Both the position numbers and the translations under genes were made by a program. Shown piece by piece: positions 57,866 to 64,000 of a DNA stretch of 64,000 bases (its first letter is position 1; every line of letters starts with the position of its first letter). The notes below the pieces were generated by a model. It was not told where the DNA came from. It did not search any database and saw only the letters and a list, made by a program, of their open reading frames with translations. Source of the stretch: an uncultured Chthonomonadaceae bacterium (GTDB lineage: Bacteria > Armatimonadota > Chthonomonadetes > Chthonomonadales > Chthonomonadaceae); NCBI GenBank assembly GCA_963835065.1, contig CAWIEK010000009.1:1-64000 (forward strand), read 5' to 3'.

Positions 57866-59650
57866 TCACTTTGCTTCTTTGAACACCCAGGGCGACAGTT
57901 CCGCCCTACCCCCGACTTTTATGACAACCTCTTGCGCGTCACGGTCTGCCCTGGCTTGTCGGATTCCCATTCGCTGCGACAGAAACTTTGCTAAGGTCGT
58001 TGGAGCAAGAGCAGGCGAGAGATAGGGCTTTACTTCCTCAAGCGCGATGTGGTACGCGCCTGCGGCCATATTCGACAGGGCAAAACGACCATTCTTGTCT
58101 ATGGCAACCTCAATACGCGCCGGGGTATTCTCTGCTTTTCCTTTTTCCTTTTTGCTGCTTTTTCCATTTACTTCGTCTTTTTCCGTTGCTTCGCCTATTT
58201 CGTTGCGTCGCGTGATATTCAGGGTTGCTGTCGCCAGCCCGAACGCCCCTTTGCTTGTCGTGATTTGCCCGGACAGCGCGCCGCCACGCTCTCCCTTTCT
58301 TGAGCGCAGGGTTTTGGGAAGCGGGGCGTTGAACAGGCTTTCGGGCGGATAATTGTCCAGATGTAAATCCAGATACAGGACGAGGGTTGTGTCCGCGCCC
58401 TGCCCCGGATACAAAGCGCGGGCGGGCAAGGCAAGCAGAAACGGTTCGTTGTCCCATACGGCGGCGTTCGCATGGAGCGGGGTGGAATTCGCGCCCGTCA
58501 GCTGTATGCCTGCCTGAATTTTTCCATTCGGGCAAACATGGGGCGTCAGAACGCAGGTAAGCGTCAGCGATTGCAGGGGCGCGTTTTGCGGATTAGCGGG
58601 TGTACTTACAATTGGGGCATACAGACGCAGGACGTTGGGCGTATCCGGCGTGAGGGCGAGAAGATTGGGCTGTGGAGGGCGCAGGGGCGTTCGGAAAGCG
58701 GACGGGGGCAGACGGCGCAAAACGGCTTCCATCGGCTCGCCTTTGAGCATCTTTGGCTTAATCGCGGGCTTGCTTGCCGCTCCCGGTTCAAGAACCAACG
58801 GTTCGGAGACCAACTTTAATGTTCGCGCCGTGTCTCCCTTCACAATAGCGGCCCCGGCCATGCCGAAGATACGCAATTTCCACGGCAAGGGCACGTTTTC
58901 AATATGAAACGGTAAGTCTGTCACGCTGCCGGACGCTAAAGTTGGCGCGGAACCGGGCATTACAGAGGAAGATGCCAGGGTCGGGCGTAAAGCCGCGTTG
59001 CCTGCCGGGTTGTCGGCGACAAGATGTACCACGCCATTAATTCGACTCACATACGCAGCCGATTGGGAGGGCGCAGACAGGGAGACCACATAGCCCAGCC
59101 CTTTGGGGAAGGAAAACTCGCGGCCTGCTTCCAAAATCGCAAGGCGCTGCCCCGTGTTGTCCATAACCGTCACATCGGCGCTGAGGTGGTCAAACATCTG
59201 CATCTGCCCGCTCCGCGTGGACATCACCTGAAGGCTCAGGCGCAACGGCTCGGCAATCGCCGTATTTGTGCCATACGGCGGATTGGTGTCATACACATAG
59301 GACGTTGAGCGTACCCGCCGCGCGGAAACAATGTAATCGCCGGTTTGACAGGCCAGATTTGCCATATAAAGGGGCTGTCTTCCCGCATCCATGCCCTGCC
59401 GGTCGTGCCTGCCGAATTCCGACCCGGAATTGCCCGCCGCGCTGCCTGCGCTGCCCGGAACCGGAAGTGTGACGGGAGCCAGCACCTGCGCCATGCGGGG
59501 ACTGTGCAGAAGGATGCAGGCCGCGCCAAAGGCTCCTCCGGCAAGGCTCAGGAACGTCACGCGCTGCTGCCCGGACGCCAAAAAAGCGATAGCCGCCTTC
59601 TTATCAGGCGCGCTGCCGTGTTTGAACGCGCGGAATCGGAATACGGACAT
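57866..59650 (-). CDS. Hypothetical exported protein
   Basis: Long ORF, hydrophobic N-terminal segment, C-terminal DKNGRF..N..AG.Y beta-sandwich-like motif; start chosen from GGAGG spacing. Confidence 0.75.
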   Translation of the reverse strand: MSVFRFRAFKHGSAPDKKAAIAFLASGQQRVTFLSLAGGAFGAACILLHSPRMAQVLAPVTLPVPGSAGSAAGNSGSEFGRHDRQGMDAGRQPLYMANLACQTGDYIVSARRVRSTSYVYDTNPPYGTNTAIAEPLRLSLQVMSTRSGQMQMFDHLSADVTVMDNTGQRLAILEAGREFSFPKGLGYVVSLSAPSQSAAYVSRINGVVHLVADNPAGNAALRPTLASSSVMPGSAPTLASGSVTDLPFHIENVPLPWKLRIFGMAGAAIVKGDTARTLKLVSEPLVLEPGAASKPAIKPKMLKGEPMEAVLRRLPPSAFRTPLRPPQPNLLALTPDTPNVLRLYAPIVSTPANPQNAPLQSLTLTCVLTPHVCPNGKIQAGIQLTGANSTPLHANAAVWDNEPFLLALPARALYPGQGADTTLVLYLDLHLDNYPPESLFNAPLPKTLRSRKGERGGALSGQITTSKGAFGLATATLNITRRNEIGEATEKDEVNGKSSKKEKGKAENTPARIEVAIDKNGRFALSNMAAGAYHIALEEVKPYLSPALAPTTLAKFLSQRMGIRQARADRDAQEVVIKVGGRAELSPWVFKEAK

Positions 59651-59675
59651 GCCCATTCCTCCAGTACCGGGAATC

Positions 59676-59800
59676 AGAAGGCAGTAGACAGAAGACAGAA
59701 GACAGAAGACAGAATTCTCTCCCAATGTATACCGTACACATCAGGTCATCAGTGATTGAAAGCGCGGCTTCTGTCTTCTGTCTTCTGTCTACTGCCTTCT
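59676..59800. repeat. Heptamer (GACAGAA) inverted-repeat cassette
   Basis: AGAAGGCAGTAGACAGAAGACAGAAGACAGAAG and its exact reverse complement. Confidence 0.9.
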
Positions 59801-61118
59801 ACTTTGCGACTTGCAGGCGGGCGAAGCGGCGCGGGCCGACGCGCAGTACAGCTTGATTTAGGTCAGCAAGCGGCAGTTCCGCGCTTATATCGGATAGTTT
59901 TTCACCGTTGAGGAACGCGCCGCCCTGTTCGATGAGACGCCGCGCTTCGCCGTTGCTTTTCGCCATTCCCGCTACGACGAGCAGTTTGCACACCCATACC
60001 TTGCCGTCCTTGACGGCCTCTTCAGGAATAGCAATGTTCGGCATATCGGTGGGCAATTCCTTTTGCGCGTGAATCCGGTTCCACTCCTGATCGGCAGCCT
60101 CGCCTGCTTCCGCGCTGTGGTACAGGGCAATAATCTCCCGCGCCAGCCGCCGCTTTACATCTTTGGGATTGATTTGCCCGGAATCGGCCTGCGCCAGCAG
60201 GGATTCTATTTCCGGCAGGGGAACATCCGTGCAAAGCACAAAATAATCGCGCATCATCGCGTCGGAAAGCGACATCAGCTTGCCGAACATAGAATCGGGC
60301 GATTCCGTAATGCCGACGTAATTGCCCAGCGACTTGCTCATTTTCTTCGCGCCGTCCAGCCCGACAAGCAGGGGCATGAACAGCGCGATTTGCGGGTCCT
60401 GCCCCAATTCTCTTTGCAAGTCGCGCCCGGCCAGAATGTTGAAGGTTTGATCCAGCCCGCCCATTTCGACATCGGCTTCAATGGCAACGGAGTCGTATGC
60501 CTGCGCCAACGGGTACAGCAGTTCATGCAGGCTGACCGGCTGATGCTGCGCCAATCGGTTCGCAAAATCTTCCCGCGACAGCACTTTGGCAACGGTCATT
60601 TTCGAGGTAAGCTGAATCACGTCGGCAAAGCCCAGTTTGCCGAGCCATTCGCCGTTGAAGCGCACAGTGGTTTTTTCGCGGTCCAAAATCCGCGCCAGTT
60701 GATCCACATACGTATGCGCGTTGGCTTCGATTTCTGCCGACGTAAGCATGGGGCGGGTCGCCGAACGCCCGGACGGGTCGCCGATAAGCGCGGTATAATC
60801 GCCGATGATGATAATGACCTGATGCCCCAAATCCTGAAACTGACGCAGTTTGCGCAGCACAACCGCAAACCCTAAATGAATATCGGGCGCAGTCGGGTCC
60901 AATCCCAATTTAATATTGAGCGGCTTGCCCGTCCGTTCCGATTTCAGCAGTTTTTCGGTCAGTCCGTTATCCGGCACGATGCCCTGCGCCCCGCGTTCCA
61001 GTCGGACAATCTGCTCCTGAATATGCGCGGGCACTTCGGTTCCCGGCGTTGTTTCTTGCTGTCTTTCTTGCTCTGCCAAATCCAAAGTAGCCTCAATTCT
61101 CGTCAAAGTTGGATGCAC
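59799..61118 (-). CDS. tyrS: Tyrosine--tRNA ligase
   Basis: GLDPTAPDIHLG, IGDPSG, YPLAQAYDS, GGLDQTFN, KMSKS, C-terminal S4-like domain. Confidence 0.96.
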   Translation of the reverse strand: MHPTLTRIEATLDLAEQERQQETTPGTEVPAHIQEQIVRLERGAQGIVPDNGLTEKLLKSERTGKPLNIKLGLDPTAPDIHLGFAVVLRKLRQFQDLGHQVIIIIGDYTALIGDPSGRSATRPMLTSAEIEANAHTYVDQLARILDREKTTVRFNGEWLGKLGFADVIQLTSKMTVAKVLSREDFANRLAQHQPVSLHELLYPLAQAYDSVAIEADVEMGGLDQTFNILAGRDLQRELGQDPQIALFMPLLVGLDGAKKMSKSLGNYVGITESPDSMFGKLMSLSDAMMRDYFVLCTDVPLPEIESLLAQADSGQINPKDVKRRLAREIIALYHSAEAGEAADQEWNRIHAQKELPTDMPNIAIPEEAVKDGKVWVCKLLVVAGMAKSNGEARRLIEQGGAFLNGEKLSDISAELPLADLNQAVLRVGPRRFARLQVAK

Positions 61119-61183
61119 TCGCTCGTTTTGTTGTTTTGTGAACTAATGTTAGCACAGTCGCGCCAAATATTCAACAGTGAATA

Positions 61184-61291
61184 CAGGCATCAGGCATCAG
61201 GCATTAGGTATCAGGTATCAGGCATTAGAACCAAATCTTTTCTGTCTTCTGTCTTCTTCCCTAATGCCTGATGCCTGATGCCTAATGCCTA
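61184..61291. repeat. Heptamer (CAGGCAT) inverted-repeat cassette
   Basis: CAGGCATCAGGCATCAGGCATTAGG vs CCTAATGCCTGATGCCTGATGCCT. Confidence 0.88.
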
Positions 61292-61302
61292 CGAGGATAA
61301 TC

Positions 61303-62990
<1,688 letters not shown>

Positions 62991-63165
62991 AACCTTCGTG
63001 ACGAAACTGCCACGTCTGCGCCTGCCGGATGCGCTGATGGCGCGTCTTTACGGCCTCGCCATTCGGTTTGGACACGCATATCTCAGAAAATACAAGCGTT
63101 TTGTTCGGAACTCCCGTGCCCGATGCAAAAACAAGTTCGGTCAGCACAACATTTGACTAACGATA

Positions 63166-64000
63166 CTATCTTCGACGGCGGCGCAAAAATACTCCCACTC
63201 CGGTCAGCCCGCCTGCCAGAAGAAGGGCAATTGTGCCGGGTTCGGGAACTTGCGCGCCAAGCCCGGAAGCGGGAGCAAGGTCGTCCAAGCCCGCGATAGT
63301 GCCTATGACAGCGGCGGTATTACTGGCAATGTGGTATTGAAGGACATGGCTATTTCCCCGACTGGCGATGTACAGGTTCCCTAAGCCATCCGAGGTAATA
63401 CCATCTGGCTGCGAGAGAACCGCTCCTGTCGGCCTCAGAAAGTTGAAGGCTAAGGTAGTGGGATTGAGTTCGAGGATACGACCATTATTGTAGTCGGAGG
63501 CGAACAACATTCCCGTCACGCTGTCATACGTCAACCCATCCAGGAAAACCCCCGTGTTCGCAGACTGTGCGATCACGCTGCCGGTTGTCGGGTCAATACG
63601 CTCGATTCGCGAGTTATTGTTCTGGAAACCACTGCTCACATTGACGAACAGGCGGCTTGCGGAATCATAGATAATCCCATCCGGCCTGCCGCTCAATGAC
63701 AGAGGACTGCCCTGTACGCCGCCGGACAGCCGGACACGCCTAAGAGAGTTGGTAGCCTGGTCGCTGACAAGAAAACTGGTTTGATCTGGTTCCAGGGCGA
63801 GATCAATCGGCGAACCAAGCCCCGTCGCCAGCACGACATTGGAATGGCTGTGTGGATCGTATGCCAAGACTCGGGCGTTATCGAGTTGAGAGTATATGAT
63901 GCGTCCATCGGAATCAAAAAAGAGACTGTCAAGCGCAGCCCCGGTATTGAAGATCGGGGTGACGACATGTGTCACAGCATCAACGGTGTATATCTGGTTG
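63166..64000 (-). CDS. PEP-CTERM sorting domain beta-propeller protein (5' end outside window)
   Basis: C-terminus VPEPGTIALLLAGGLTGVGVFLRRRRR; PDGI/DGL propeller repeats. Confidence 0.9.
   Translation of the reverse strand, partial: NQIYTVDAVTHVVTPIFNTGAALDSLFFDSDGRIIYSQLDNARVLAYDPHSHSNVVLATGLGSPIDLALEPDQTSFLVSDQATNSLRRVRLSGGVQGSPLSLSGRPDGIIYDSASRLFVNVSSGFQNNNSRIERIDPTTGSVIAQSANTGVFLDGLTYDSVTGMLFASDYNNGRILELNPTTLAFNFLRPTGAVLSQPDGITSDGLGNLYIASRGNSHVLQYHIASNTAAVIGTIAGLDDLAPASGLGAQVPEPGTIALLLAGGLTGVGVFLRRRRR

Overview
GC-rich bacterial chromosomal segment. The gene mix (PEP-CTERM protein, SpoIID/LytB domain protein, C30-type carotenoid genes, large secreted proteases) would fit an Armatimonadota-like organism, but this is unverified inference. 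It carries housekeeping genes (rsgA, trxB, tyrS, tpx, tRNA-Gln(UUG)); a signalling block at 7.5-16.8 kb (diheme cytochrome c peroxidase coupled to a PAS-GGDEF-EAL sensor, a PAS histidine kinase, and a KaiC-like ATPase operon ending in a frameshift-split GGDEF/HD-GYP gene); S41, S53 and tricorn proteases; a crtN-aldH-(SMI1/KNR4)-crtP-like cluster; and an IS4-like remnant. The most interesting signals are not in the ORF track. (1) A DUF3800-like gene and a translationally coupled partner gene are faced by a ~70-nt antisense small RNA with its own sigma70 promoter and terminator; this is a candidate RNA-controlled toxin/defence module. (2) An unannotated 43-aa hydrophobic/basic peptide gene lies opposite a perfect-consensus promoter, a candidate type I toxin-antitoxin locus. 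(3) A family of 7/8/9-mer tandem-repeat hairpin cassettes fills many intergenic gaps, and one set of such repeats frameshifts a D-aminoacylase gene in a way that a single-unit copy-number change would repair. (4) A ~260-bp promoter-RBS-micro-ORF element occurs twice. No CRISPR array, rRNA or intact integrase/transposase was seen. All family assignments are from motif recognition by eye; no database searches were run.
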